In this document: positions 1 to 8,356 of the stretch, piece by piece
Layout: every line of letters begins with the position of its first letter
Position numbering within the stretch: position 1 is the stretch's first letter
Origin: a virus
Virus record (IMG/VR): IMGVR_UViG_3300045988_145890
Reading direction: 5' to 3' (one strand)
Length of the DNA stretch: 48,744 bases
Notes under the pieces: model-generated
What the model was told of the DNA's origin: nothing
Seen by the model: only the letters and a program-made list of their open reading frames with translations
The model's database searches: none
Program-made: the position numbers and the translations under genes

Positions 1-51
1 AATTAAATAATAAATTAAATAATAAATTAAATAATAAATTAAATAATAAAT
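1..51. repeat. 12-bp tandem repeat (AATTAAATAATA x4 + AAT); exact copy of window end 48694..48744
   Basis: Read directly: four exact 12-mers at 1..48. The same 51 nt end the window, so the contig closes on itself inside this array. Confidence 0.95.
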
Positions 52-78
52 AAATCTTAAAGAATAAGGAATGAGATA

Positions 79-963
79 TTGGTTATGTTAAATATTAAGT
101 CTATTGTTAAAAATCCTGAGAAAAAGTTTTATGTTGATGTAATGTTTAAAAATGATGAGAACATTTATACAAGAAGAACATACAAAGAGAAAGAATTTGA
201 TGGTAAAATTTATTCATTTGTATTTTCTGGTGTTAAAGTATTTTTTGATCTTACAACAATGGATGTTATTGATCAGAAAGTAATTTATGAAACAAAAGGA
301 ATTAAGAAAACATCAACGTATATTGGTTCTAAAAGAATAAAGGAAGTAAAACCTTTAGAAAAGAAAACAGTAAATGTTGAGAACAAAAACAATACAGAAG
401 TAAAACACGAAAAATATGATCAGATTAAAACATGTTTAGAGTGTAACATTCCAATTTATCTTGCAGGTCCTGCAGGATCAGGTAAAAACTTTACAGTTGA
501 ACAAATTGCAAAGGAACTTGGTTGGAACTTCTACTTCAGTAATTCAGTTCAGCAAGAATATAAACTTACAGGTTTTATTGATGCTGGTGGAAAGTTCCAT
601 GACACTGAATTTTATAAAGCATGTACAGATGAAAATGATTGTATCTTTTTCTTAGACGAGATGGATGCGTCAATTCCAGAAGTTTTGGTTCTTCTGAATG
701 CAGCAATTGCAAATGGAAACAAAGAACTTGTTGATTTTGTTCACAGTTTAAGATCAATTGCAAACAACAATGGAATCAGGGCAACATTCTCATACAGATG
801 TATTACAATGGTAACAAAGCTTGAAAGTGCTGGTATGGATCTTAAGACAATACTTACAATCTCAGTATTCAAAGGAATGGATAAAGATACAATCAATACA
901 TTCAATGCTGTAGGTTATGACAAATATACAAAAGCATTAAAGGATATTCAGATGGCTGCTTAA
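79..963 (+). CDS. AAA+ ATPase (MoxR/CbbQ-like P-loop NTPase)
   Basis: 294-aa ORF. Walker A LAGPAGSGKN and Walker B CIFFLDEMD. Start is TTG 79 (AAGGA about 8 nt upstream) or ATG 85. Confidence 0.7.
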   Translation: MVMLNIKSIVKNPEKKFYVDVMFKNDENIYTRRTYKEKEFDGKIYSFVFSGVKVFFDLTTMDVIDQKVIYETKGIKKTSTYIGSKRIKEVKPLEKKTVNVENKNNTEVKHEKYDQIKTCLECNIPIYLAGPAGSGKNFTVEQIAKELGWNFYFSNSVQQEYKLTGFIDAGGKFHDTEFYKACTDENDCIFFLDEMDASIPEVLVLLNAAIANGNKELVDFVHSLRSIANNNGIRATFSYRCITMVTKLESAGMDLKTILTISVFKGMDKDTINTFNAVGYDKYTKALKDIQMAA

Positions 964-1001
964 TTGCAGCCAGTCTGTTTAATACATAGAAAGGTGATAA
1001 C

Positions 1002-1229
1002 ATGAAAGAAGCAATTAAGATCAGAGTTAATAATAAACAAAATGATGTTTGTACCGGTTGTGGTAAATCAAGCAAAGATGAAAAGAAAGAATTTTACGAT
1101 ATGATGATCGGAAATGATTTAATTCATTTGTGCTTTGATTGCATGGAAATGATGTTTAGAAAGACATTGAAAGCACAAGTAAATTATCAGGGAAAGTTAA
1201 AAAGTCCAAATAAGAATATACGGAGGTAG
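1002..1229 (+). CDS. small zinc-ribbon protein
   Basis: 75 aa with Cys pairs CTGC and CFDC. RBS-like AAAGGTGA upstream of the ATG. Confidence 0.6.
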   Translation: MKEAIKIRVNNKQNDVCTGCGKSSKDEKKEFYDMMIGNDLIHLCFDCMEMMFRKTLKAQVNYQGKLKSPNKNIRR

Positions 1230-1234
1230 TAAAA

Positions 1235-1462
1235 ATGGCAGATGCAAAGAAATGTGATCGATGTGGCAAATTATTTGAACCATATATAAAGTCAGATGAA
1301 CGGTTAAATCCAAATAAGTATACTGAAATAATGGTTAGAGATGCTTTTGTTGGCAAATCATCATACAATAATGACAGATACTTTGATTTGTGTCCTGAAT
1401 GTTCTGAGTCTTTAAATAAATGGATTAACTTTTTTAAGGATGGTGACGCTGATAATGAATGA
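1235..1462 (+). CDS. small zinc-ribbon protein
   Basis: 75 aa with CDRC and CPEC pairs. GGAGG RBS upstream. Confidence 0.6.
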   Translation: MADAKKCDRCGKLFEPYIKSDERLNPNKYTEIMVRDAFVGKSSYNNDRYFDLCPECSESLNKWINFFKDGDADNE

Positions 1463-1733
1463 AGCAAGTAAAAGAATAGAAGCAAGTAAAAGAATATTAG
1501 AAGAATTGAAGCACTCATATGAGTGCTTGTTTGTAAAGACAGGCATAGAACCAAATTGCTTTCTTCTATCTTCAGATATATATTACCAATTGTTACAGCA
1601 AGAGGAAATATTGTATGAACTTAAAGTAAATTCAATTGGTATAAAGTATATCAACGGAATTGATGTTTTGCTTGTAAGTGGAGAAAAAGTAGCAAAGGCG
1701 GCGATAATTGATGAGCAACAATCAACCACGTAG
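1455..1733 (+). CDS. hypothetical protein
   Basis: ORF open from 1440. ATG 1455 overlaps the end of the upstream gene. No recognisable motif. Confidence 0.5.
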   Translation: MNEASKRIEASKRILEELKHSYECLFVKTGIEPNCFLLSSDIYYQLLQQEEILYELKVNSIGIKYINGIDVLLVSGEKVAKAAIIDEQQSTT

Positions 1734-2202
1734 TTTTAAGTTCTATCGCAAGAATGAACAAGAGGTTATGGAGTCTTTAGGACTTAAGCCGACTAAGAAC
1801 TCAGGTAGTGGATGGATCGAAAAAGAAGATGGTCAAAATGACTATGTTATTTGTCAGCTTAAGAGCACAGATGCACAGTCAATAAAAGTTAATCAAAAGG
1901 ACATTAGAACATTAGAAAAGAATGCAATGATTGAACATAAGATTCCAATGTTTGCAATTCAATTCTTAAACACCGGAGAGGTATGGCTAATGCTTAAGCC
2001 TGAGGATTTACAAGATGCCTCAGAATACATTTTAACTGGTTCAATAAAGGAATCTAGGTTAGATCATTTAGGAATTGATTTAGAGGCATCTGATGACCTT
2101 AGGACTATATCTAATAAGTCAATTAAGTCATCAGGTAGTTCAAGGGAAATGTTTCACAAACAACAAAGTAAAAAATATAATAAGAAAAGGAGTGCATTGT
2201 AA
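1711..2202 (+). CDS. putative PD-(D/E)xK-type nuclease (resolvase-like)
   Basis: NSGSGWIEKEDGQNDYVICQLKST resembles the D...(E/Q)xK core of small phage nucleases. ATG 1711 preferred over TTG 1708. Confidence 0.35.
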   Translation: MSNNQPRSFKFYRKNEQEVMESLGLKPTKNSGSGWIEKEDGQNDYVICQLKSTDAQSIKVNQKDIRTLEKNAMIEHKIPMFAIQFLNTGEVWLMLKPEDLQDASEYILTGSIKESRLDHLGIDLEASDDLRTISNKSIKSSGSSREMFHKQQSKKYNKKRSAL

Positions 2203-2564
2203 TGAAAGCAAGAGTAAAAGGAATGTATGCATATAAAGGGCATAATGTATCAGCAAATGGAAGTGTAAATCTTACGCTTAGTGGTAAGTATTCACAGATG
2301 ACAAGTTCTGTGCAATTACTGCAGATGCTGAATAATGATGTTGTTATTCAGATCAAAATGGGAGTTGAAAAGCCATTTAAAATTGGTTCGTTCAGAATTA
2401 AAAATGTTGCTTTTGATGGTGACGGAGAAAGTATTTTGAAGTTTAACAGTTTAAATGACTTTGTTGATATTGATAAAATGAATGATCTTATCACAAAGGA
2501 AGAATTTGCTGTGATGTTTACAGCAGACATCGAAGATGAAGATGATGAAAGTGAGGAAGAGTAA
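2202..2564 (+). CDS. hypothetical protein with acidic C-terminal tail
   Basis: 120 aa. TAATG overlap with the upstream stop. Ends DIEDEDDESEEE. Confidence 0.55.
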   Translation: MKARVKGMYAYKGHNVSANGSVNLTLSGKYSQMTSSVQLLQMLNNDVVIQIKMGVEKPFKIGSFRIKNVAFDGDGESILKFNSLNDFVDIDKMNDLITKEEFAVMFTADIEDEDDESEEE

Positions 2565-2860
2565 TGGCAGCCAAAATGAAGTATTTAGAATTATCAAATG
2601 CTCAGATTGCAGATAAAAGACGTTTGGTGATTTCTGAATGTGTAAAAGAGAATCAGGACACAAAGGAAAACATTCAATGTGGATTTACTTTAGCCCAGCA
2701 GGTTGAGGTAGAAGAAGGTAAAAGGATGACAAGGGTATTCCTTAAAAATGGAATCCATGTTGCAAGTATTGATGAGCTTTATAATCTTCGGGATGCAATC
2801 AATGATGCAATTAACAAATATGAAAATGAAAAAAGTGATGAGGAAGAGTGGGAAAATTAA
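2564..2860 (+). CDS. hypothetical protein
   Basis: 98 aa. TAATG coupling to the upstream gene. Confidence 0.55.
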   Translation: MAAKMKYLELSNAQIADKRRLVISECVKENQDTKENIQCGFTLAQQVEVEEGKRMTRVFLKNGIHVASIDELYNLRDAINDAINKYENEKSDEEEWEN

Positions 2861-2899
2861 ATATTTTTGAAAAAAGTTGAAAAATTTTTAAAAAACCTA

Positions 2900-2927
2900 T
2901 TTACTTTTCCAGAAATTGTGATATAAT
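2900..2927 (+). promoter_or_regulatory. sigma70-like promoter, member of the conserved AAAAACCTATTTAC family
   Basis: TTTACT (2900-2905), 16-nt spacer, TGaTATAAT (TATAAT 2922-2927). Preceded by AAAAACCTA and an A/T-rich upstream tract. Confidence 0.65.
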
Positions 2928-2974
2928 TAAACCATCAAAACAAATAAAACACAAACATCCAGGAGGATAAAGAA

Positions 2975-3226
2975 ATGATTAGTACAAATAAAGTTGTAGG
3001 GTTTTATACTGATGTATTTGGAAATGAAGTTGATGAATATGAACAGACTGAAAGATATACGGTATGGTATGAAGGTCATTTATTCGCAGGAGATACAGAC
3101 GGATATAACGAGCATGGATATGATAAATTTGAAGATGCCATTGCTTTATATAATGCGTATGGAGATATGATACACATTAAAGATAATGAATATGGTGTAA
3201 GTTTTGATTATGGCGAATGGGGTTAA
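2975..3226 (+). CDS. hypothetical protein
   Basis: 83 aa. AGGAGG RBS. First ORF after the promoter at 2900. Confidence 0.6.
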   Translation: MISTNKVVGFYTDVFGNEVDEYEQTERYTVWYEGHLFAGDTDGYNEHGYDKFEDAIALYNAYGDMIHIKDNEYGVSFDYGEWG

Positions 3227-3552
3227 GCAGAGACTTCTCAAATGGACGAATATGGAAGATATTGGAAAACATACAATTTTTAAGTAGTATTCAAGGATGA
3301 GAAAAATTTTAAGTTAATAAACAAATTTTGTGATGAGTATACATGCAGACTTGAAAATGGAAAGATTGTTAGTAAAACACAATTTGGTTTAAAATATGCA
3401 ATGGCAGCAAGACAGCAAATAGGATTTTAATAAGCCCACTAATCAGACATTTATTGTTTGATTTAAAATAAATAAATTGCTAGAAAGCAAAAGTAAAACA
3501 ACAAAAAAACAATGTATGCAAAGTCATACAAGCAAAGAAAAGGAGAAAAATT

Positions 3553-4155
3553 ATGGCAACAAATTGGACATTATCACAGGCATTAGCAAAGATCACAGAA
3601 GGAACAGATAAGGCAGCAATCCAGGATATTGGAAGAAGATTCCCACTTACAGCAGTAGCATTAGCTGAAATCGGTCAGAATGCAGGCGCAGTTAAGATCA
3701 TTGGTGCAGTACCATCACATATCACGGCAAGAAAGATTGAATCTGTGTTAAAAGATGGTGTAGAGCAGGATCCAGATGTGGATACTGAAGATACTGAAGA
3801 TGAAGAGGAAACATCAAAGAAGGAAAATAAGAAACCTGCTAAGAAAGCTGCTAAAGCAAATGCAGAAGAAGATGCGGATGATGAGGAAGATGATCCTGTA
3901 GCACTTTACAAGAAATGTAAGAAAGCAGGTATTAAGGTTGCACCAAAGAAATCAGCAAAATATTACAAAGATCAGTTAGCAAAGGCAGCAGCTGCAGAGG
4001 AAGATGCAGATGATGAGGACTGGGATGATGAGGAAGAGGATGAGAAGCCTGCTTCAAAGAAGAAACCTGTCAAGAAGGCACCTGCAAAAAAGACTGCAAA
4101 GAAAGCTGAGCCGGAAGATGATGAAGATGAGGATGAAGATGAGTGGGACATTTAA
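3553..4155 (+). CDS. highly charged K/D/E-rich protein with HeH (Rho_N/SAP-like) motif
   Basis: 200 aa. Motif DPVALYKKCKKAGIKVAPKKSAKYYKDQLAKA flanked by acidic and lysine-rich tracts. AAGGAG RBS. Confidence 0.6.
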   Translation: MATNWTLSQALAKITEGTDKAAIQDIGRRFPLTAVALAEIGQNAGAVKIIGAVPSHITARKIESVLKDGVEQDPDVDTEDTEDEEETSKKENKKPAKKAAKANAEEDADDEEDDPVALYKKCKKAGIKVAPKKSAKYYKDQLAKAAAAEEDADDEDWDDEEEDEKPASKKKPVKKAPAKKTAKKAEPEDDEDEDEDEWDI

Positions 4156-4194
4156 TATTCCCAATGAATCCTCCGATCATAGATAGGTAAGGAA

Positions 4195-4232
4195 AACCAC
4201 CAACTGTAGAAAGAAAGCTATGGTTGGTGGTT
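4195..4232 (+). terminator. terminator-like hairpin
   Basis: Perfect 10-bp stem AACCACCAAC / GTTGGTGGTT with an 18-nt loop, followed by ATTTGAATAT. Confidence 0.45.
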
Positions 4233-4253
4233 ATTTGAATATATGGAGGAAAT

Positions 4254-4712
4254 ATGAGATATAGGATCTATACAGATGGTTCTTGGAATAAAGAAAAAGA
4301 CATCGGTGGTTGGGCAATAGTAATTGCAGATCATCAAGGAATAAAGTTAAAATCAGGGTCAAAAAAAGGCACGACAAATAATCAAATGGAGTTAATGGCG
4401 GTCTTGAATGCATTAGAATATGCAGTAAGAAAGCATTTAAAAGACATAGAAATAATCACAGATTCTATGTATGTTTTAAATGGAGTAAAAAAATATGTAG
4501 ATACATGGAAAGCAAATAATTGGGTAGGACTTTCAGGTGATGAGATTAAATATAAATCACAATGGGAAGGAATACTTATTATGCTGGAAAGTTTAAAGGA
4601 AAATAATTTTTCTGTTAAGTTTTCTAAGGTAAAAGGACATGACGGAAATTCATTAAATGAGCTTGCAGACCTTAAAGCAAGGGAAGCAATTAAAGCATAT
4701 AAGGAGAAGTAA
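4254..4712 (+). CDS. rnhA: ribonuclease HI
   Basis: YTDGS...GGWA, NNQMELMA, IITDS and KGHDGNSLNELADLKA match the RNase H1 DEDD layout. Confidence 0.85.
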   Translation: MRYRIYTDGSWNKEKDIGGWAIVIADHQGIKLKSGSKKGTTNNQMELMAVLNALEYAVRKHLKDIEIITDSMYVLNGVKKYVDTWKANNWVGLSGDEIKYKSQWEGILIMLESLKENNFSVKFSKVKGHDGNSLNELADLKAREAIKAYKEK

Positions 4713-4714
4713 AG

Positions 4715-5104
4715 ATGGAAATATATGCGTCAAAATTGTATCAGAAAGTTTTTCGAGGTAACAAGTCTAAAGATACGTACTTAAAAGCTTGTGGATGGTT
4801 AGCACAGAATGTAGTGTCTGATCAGCAAATAAACAATAACGTTACATATACGATAGAAAAAGGATACGATGATGAATCTGGTGTTTACTTATATACAGTA
4901 ACATTGTTTGCAAAACTTAATAAAGAAGATATTAAGAATAGACATTGTGGTATTTGCAGGGAATTAAATGGCAGCTTTCTGATGAAGGAAGAAATAAAAT
5001 GTGATTGGTGCAAGTTGCAGGCATATTTCAGACGTGAAGATGATATGATCAAAGAGAAGAAAAGATTCATAAAAGAAAAAATTAGTGGAGGCAAAAATGA
5101 TTAG
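4715..5104 (+). CDS. hypothetical Cys-containing protein
   Basis: 129 aa with CGIC...CDWC pairs. AAGGAG RBS. Confidence 0.55.
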   Translation: MEIYASKLYQKVFRGNKSKDTYLKACGWLAQNVVSDQQINNNVTYTIEKGYDDESGVYLYTVTLFAKLNKEDIKNRHCGICRELNGSFLMKEEIKCDWCKLQAYFRREDDMIKEKKRFIKEKISGGKND

Positions 5105-5444
5105 AAGATTTAGTTTGATATGCAAAAGAATAAAAAGAAAACTGATAAACAATCTTCAAACAATTTATATGATCTTGTTTGCAGTTAATCCTATTATCGG
5201 TATATTTATCAATGGTAAAGAACTGATAACAATTCAGATAATTGTTAACTTTATTATTGCAATACTTATTTTTGCTGATCAGTACATACACAATAAATAC
5301 AATGACATTCCAGTTATGAGAAAGCCACTTGTAAGATATGAAAAATCTACAAATAAGGTAATTATGAAGCCAGAGGATATGTATGAATCTCTTAATTATT
5401 TATCTGATTTGCAGGAATACTTTGAAAGGAAAGGAATGTTATGA
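5097..5444 (+). CDS. membrane protein
   Basis: ATG 5097 lies 6 nt after GGAG. Hydrophobic segments ILFAVNPIIGIFI and IIVNFIIAILIFA. Confidence 0.55.
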   Translation: MIRRFSLICKRIKRKLINNLQTIYMILFAVNPIIGIFINGKELITIQIIVNFIIAILIFADQYIHNKYNDIPVMRKPLVRYEKSTNKVIMKPEDMYESLNYLSDLQEYFERKGML

Positions 5445-5530
5445 AAATTGATTTAAGAAAGGTAAAACGAATATTTGATATAATATTTATAACTGTATGT
5501 ATTATTTATTTGTTTTATATTACAAAATAA
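5441..5530 (+). CDS. possible 29-aa membrane peptide
   Basis: ATGA overlap with the upstream stop. MKIDLRKVKRIFDIIFITVCIIYLFYITK. Too short to be sure. Confidence 0.3.
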   Translation: MKIDLRKVKRIFDIIFITVCIIYLFYITK

Positions 5531-5676
5531 AATACCTTTGTGAGGTCATCAGATGCCCCAGAAATGATTTTTATTGATAGGCTTATAAAATATATACAAA
5601 ACCATAAAAAGTGCTTTAAAAGGCTTAATTTGAAAAGTCAATTTGAAAAAAACTTTAATAAATTTAAGCAAAAATG

Positions 5677-5705
5677 TTTACTTTTTATGGTTTTTGTTAT
5701 ATAAT
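5677..5705 (+). promoter_or_regulatory. sigma70-like promoter (family member)
   Basis: TTTACT (5677-5682), 17-nt spacer, TATAAT (5700-5705). Confidence 0.6.
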
Positions 5706-5750
5706 ATAATCATAAATTAAATAAAACAAATGTTTAGGAGGGCAAACAAA

Positions 5751-5921
5751 ATGAAAAGAACTCAATTCAAAACATGTGTAGGAAAGCAAAATGGATATGA
5801 TGTCTATAGAACAGTCTTAACTGATGGAAAGAAGTTCTATGTAAGATGGAATAAAAAGTTGATTGATGTTACAGATGATCAAAGATCTTTCGTTCATAAA
5901 TTAAATGGAGTAATTAAATGA
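5751..5921 (+). CDS. hypothetical small basic protein
   Basis: ATG 5751 follows AGGAGG. The track start at 5730 lies upstream of that RBS. Confidence 0.55.
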   Translation: MKRTQFKTCVGKQNGYDVYRTVLTDGKKFYVRWNKKLIDVTDDQRSFVHKLNGVIK

Positions 5922-6067
5922 GATTGTTAGCAAGTGAACAAATAAGTTCAAATAGAAAATTTAGAGAAACATATCAAAAACAAAATAAGAAAAAGAAGGA
6001 AGTGAAGGATGACTTCCATAAAATGCTAATAGACGAGCAGGAACAATTAGATCAATTAAAATATTAA
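5918..6067 (+). CDS. hypothetical 49-aa charged protein
   Basis: ATGA overlap with the upstream stop. Below the track size cutoff. Confidence 0.4.
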   Translation: MRLLASEQISSNRKFRETYQKQNKKKKEVKDDFHKMLIDEQEQLDQLKY

Positions 6068-6187
6068 GAATAATTATCCTACTTGGCATAACTTATAAAC
6101 AATATTATAACATTTTATGTAAGGAGGAATCCCTATCCTCATGTCGTGTACTATATAAGTTTGTTACAAAATGGATAGATGTGAATA

Positions 6188-6382
6188 ATGTCAAGTAATA
6201 AACATCGATGGAAAGTAGGTGATTGTATAATAGAACCTAATGAAAGGCAAAGAAATATATTGCAAAAGTTTGGTCTTAATCCAAATAATTGGTTAATATG
6301 TTTTGAAAACAAAGCCACAATTGAAGTTGTAAGCAAAAGATCAAGACAAAGAAGAACATTAAACATCAAGGAGGATAAATAA
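6188..6382 (+). CDS. hypothetical protein
   Basis: 64-aa ORF with a weak RBS. Confidence 0.45.
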   Translation: MSSNKHRWKVGDCIIEPNERQRNILQKFGLNPNNWLICFENKATIEVVSKRSRQRRTLNIKEDK

Positions 6383-6565
6383 ATGTCAAAATTAAACCTT
6401 AAAGCAGTAAAGGATGTTAAAGTTTACTTTAAAGTTGAGAGAAGCAAAGGTAATATGCCAAATTTTATAGTAAACAATTGGAGAAAAATGCATGACAAAC
6501 CAATGCATAGAAAAGTACAATGTAAAAGAGTAAAATTAAGTAATAAAATGGCTAAACATATGTAA
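6383..6565 (+). CDS. hypothetical basic protein
   Basis: 60 aa. AAGGAGG RBS. Confidence 0.55.
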   Translation: MSKLNLKAVKDVKVYFKVERSKGNMPNFIVNNWRKMHDKPMHRKVQCKRVKLSNKMAKHM

Positions 6566-6576
6566 GGAGAAATCAA

Positions 6577-6846
6577 ATGACTTTAGAAGAAACAATTAAA
6601 AATGTAAAAGAAGTTGTAATTAAAAATAGAAAAGTTCAATACTTCTATGAAAAAAATCCTACAGTTTGGAATGACGGTGGAGAAAGAATGATAAGATGTA
6701 AAATGTGTGCAGATGTCGGCGAACAGCTTGTACAATGGCTTGAGAAGTTACAACAGATCGAACAATCGTATGAGGGGTTAAAAAGTAAAATAGATAGCTC
6801 CGACTTTCCTGATGATGTATTAAATTTCTTAAGTAGTTTAAAATGA
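6577..6846 (+). CDS. hypothetical protein
   Basis: 89 aa. AAGGAG RBS. Confidence 0.55.
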   Translation: MTLEETIKNVKEVVIKNRKVQYFYEKNPTVWNDGGERMIRCKMCADVGEQLVQWLEKLQQIEQSYEGLKSKIDSSDFPDDVLNFLSSLK

Positions 6847-6900
6847 GTAGAATGAGAAAATACGCAAACTATAATACGAGTATGGAAAAGGTGGAAGTAA

Positions 6901-7386
6901 ATGTTAGTACCAGCAATTTTATACAAAGAACGGATCGGGGAAGAATTCAAAAAATATTACTATACAATAGATATGTTATATGAAACAGGTTGCATATGTA
7001 ATTGGAGTCCAGAAATTGCAGAATGTCCAAATGAAAGTCAATTTCAATATGCAATAGTTGATAAGAACGAAAAACTCATTGGCTATTTAGAATATTCCGT
7101 TGATTGGTATGTATCTAAAGCATATAGCTTTGGATTGTTCTCATTTGACAGAGGAAATATCTTGGTTGGTAGGGACGTGTTCGATAAATTAGAAGAACTG
7201 ATTAAAACATTACATAGAGTTGAATGGAGAGCTGTTGGTGGAAATCCTGCTTGTAGAGGTTACGATAACTTTATTGAGAGACATAATGGAATGAAACATG
7301 TTCTGAAAGATTCAATTAGGGATAAGAATGGAAATTATCACGATGATATTATTTATGAAATAGTAAATGAGGAAAAGCACATATGA
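6901..7386 (+). CDS. possible GNAT-like acetyltransferase
   Basis: 161 aa. LHRVEWRAVGGNPACRGYDNFIERHNG resembles the RimJ/RimL-type GNAT core. By eye only. Confidence 0.4.
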   Translation: MLVPAILYKERIGEEFKKYYYTIDMLYETGCICNWSPEIAECPNESQFQYAIVDKNEKLIGYLEYSVDWYVSKAYSFGLFSFDRGNILVGRDVFDKLEELIKTLHRVEWRAVGGNPACRGYDNFIERHNGMKHVLKDSIRDKNGNYHDDIIYEIVNEEKHI

Positions 7387-7481
7387 TAAAAGGTAATAAA
7401 GTATATGATCCATTAACAAATACATGGAGTACAGACTACTGGGTAAAAGATGATAAAGGAAATTATTATCCGGTATGGTAG
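7383..7481 (+). CDS. possible 32-aa ORF
   Basis: ATGA overlap with the upstream stop. Short. Confidence 0.3.
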   Translation: MIKGNKVYDPLTNTWSTDYWVKDDKGNYYPVW

Positions 7482-7537
7482 TAAATTGATAATGTTATAA
7501 TGGTAAGACATAGCAATTATGAAGAAGGATAGAGATT

Positions 7538-7864
7538 GTGGAGATAATGAAGCTGATTAACAAATATGCAAATTCAAGATACTCTAATATGAATGAATAT
7601 TATTGTGAAATAACAACAGAGTTAGACAAGCTTGCCGGAATTTATTCAAATAGATATTGGAAACATTATGTGCTTTGTAATTATAAGGATGGTTGTTTAC
7701 CTATTAGAATTCCAGGCGGAACACTTGGAAGTATCGAGTATGACGAGAATAAGATTATTACAAAAATTCATGTTTGTACCGATTACGTTGTGAAAACTTA
7801 TCCAAATGATGTAAATGAACAGCTTCAAAAGTTTATTGGTCGGAAGATAGAAATGGAAAACTAA
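7538..7864 (+). CDS. hypothetical protein
   Basis: 108 aa. GTG 7538 lies 8 nt after AAGGA; alternative ATG at 7547. Confidence 0.5.
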   Translation: MEIMKLINKYANSRYSNMNEYYCEITTELDKLAGIYSNRYWKHYVLCNYKDGCLPIRIPGGTLGSIEYDENKIITKIHVCTDYVVKTYPNDVNEQLQKFIGRKIEMEN

Positions 7865-7969
7865 CATATTTTGTAGTCAATTGATAAGTTAGGCATATAA
7901 ATAAAATTATATAACCCTCTTTAATGTATAAGACATACTGAAACAAATAAGAAGAGAGGAGAATATAAA

Positions 7970-8350
7970 ATGCCAAGAAAAGGAGAATATAAGTATAATG
8001 TAGATGAAATATGCAGAGCATTAGATAGTTATACAGCACAATGCGTTAAGCAAAAAGAAGTACCTATATTAAAAGAGGTATTTGTTAAAAAAGGATGGTC
8101 TTATGAATATGTATGTAAGATATTAAATGGCAGATTATTAGAGCAGAAAGATGATAGATTAGATACTTCTATAAAGAATCTAGTAAATGCTAAGGAGTAC
8201 ATGCTAGAGAGATTAGGTTTAAAAGGTAAGATCAATTCAACATTAGCAGTATTCAGTCTTAAGCAATTAGGCTGGAGAGATCAACAACAGGTAGATGTAG
8301 GTACTGATACAAAGAAAAGTATTAAGATCACATTAGTAAAACCTGATTAG
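7970..8350 (+). CDS. terS: terminase small subunit (putative)
   Basis: 126 aa. Lies directly upstream of the tRNA pair and terL. N-terminal HTH-like segment VPILKEVFVKKGWSYEYV. Confidence 0.55.
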   Translation: MPRKGEYKYNVDEICRALDSYTAQCVKQKEVPILKEVFVKKGWSYEYVCKILNGRLLEQKDDRLDTSIKNLVNAKEYMLERLGLKGKINSTLAVFSLKQLGWRDQQQVDVGTDTKKSIKITLVKPD

Positions 8351-8356
8351 TAAGTA

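Noticed and set aside
1-51. CRISPR array or functional direct terminal repeat
   Set aside because: The 12-mers are contiguous with no spacers, so this is not a CRISPR array. The 51-nt end identity falls inside a tandem array, and the TerL type suggests headful packaging. An assembly overlap of a circularly permuted genome is therefore the simpler reading. The copy-number question is kept as a finding.
461-655. Alternative-frame + strand ORFs inside larger genes, for example 461-655, 4004-4186, 10478-10774, 17704-17892, 20213-20554, 21467-21667, 34746-34940, 39108-39320 and 42576-42812
   Set aside because: They are nested out of frame within genes that carry strong family motifs. They have no RBS, and their products are compositionally biased.
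6843-6983. 46-aa ORF starting at the stop of 6577-6846 and running into the GNAT-like gene
   Set aside because: It overlaps the well-supported start of 6901-7386 in another frame. The AAAGGTGG RBS at about 6889 serves the ATG at 6901.
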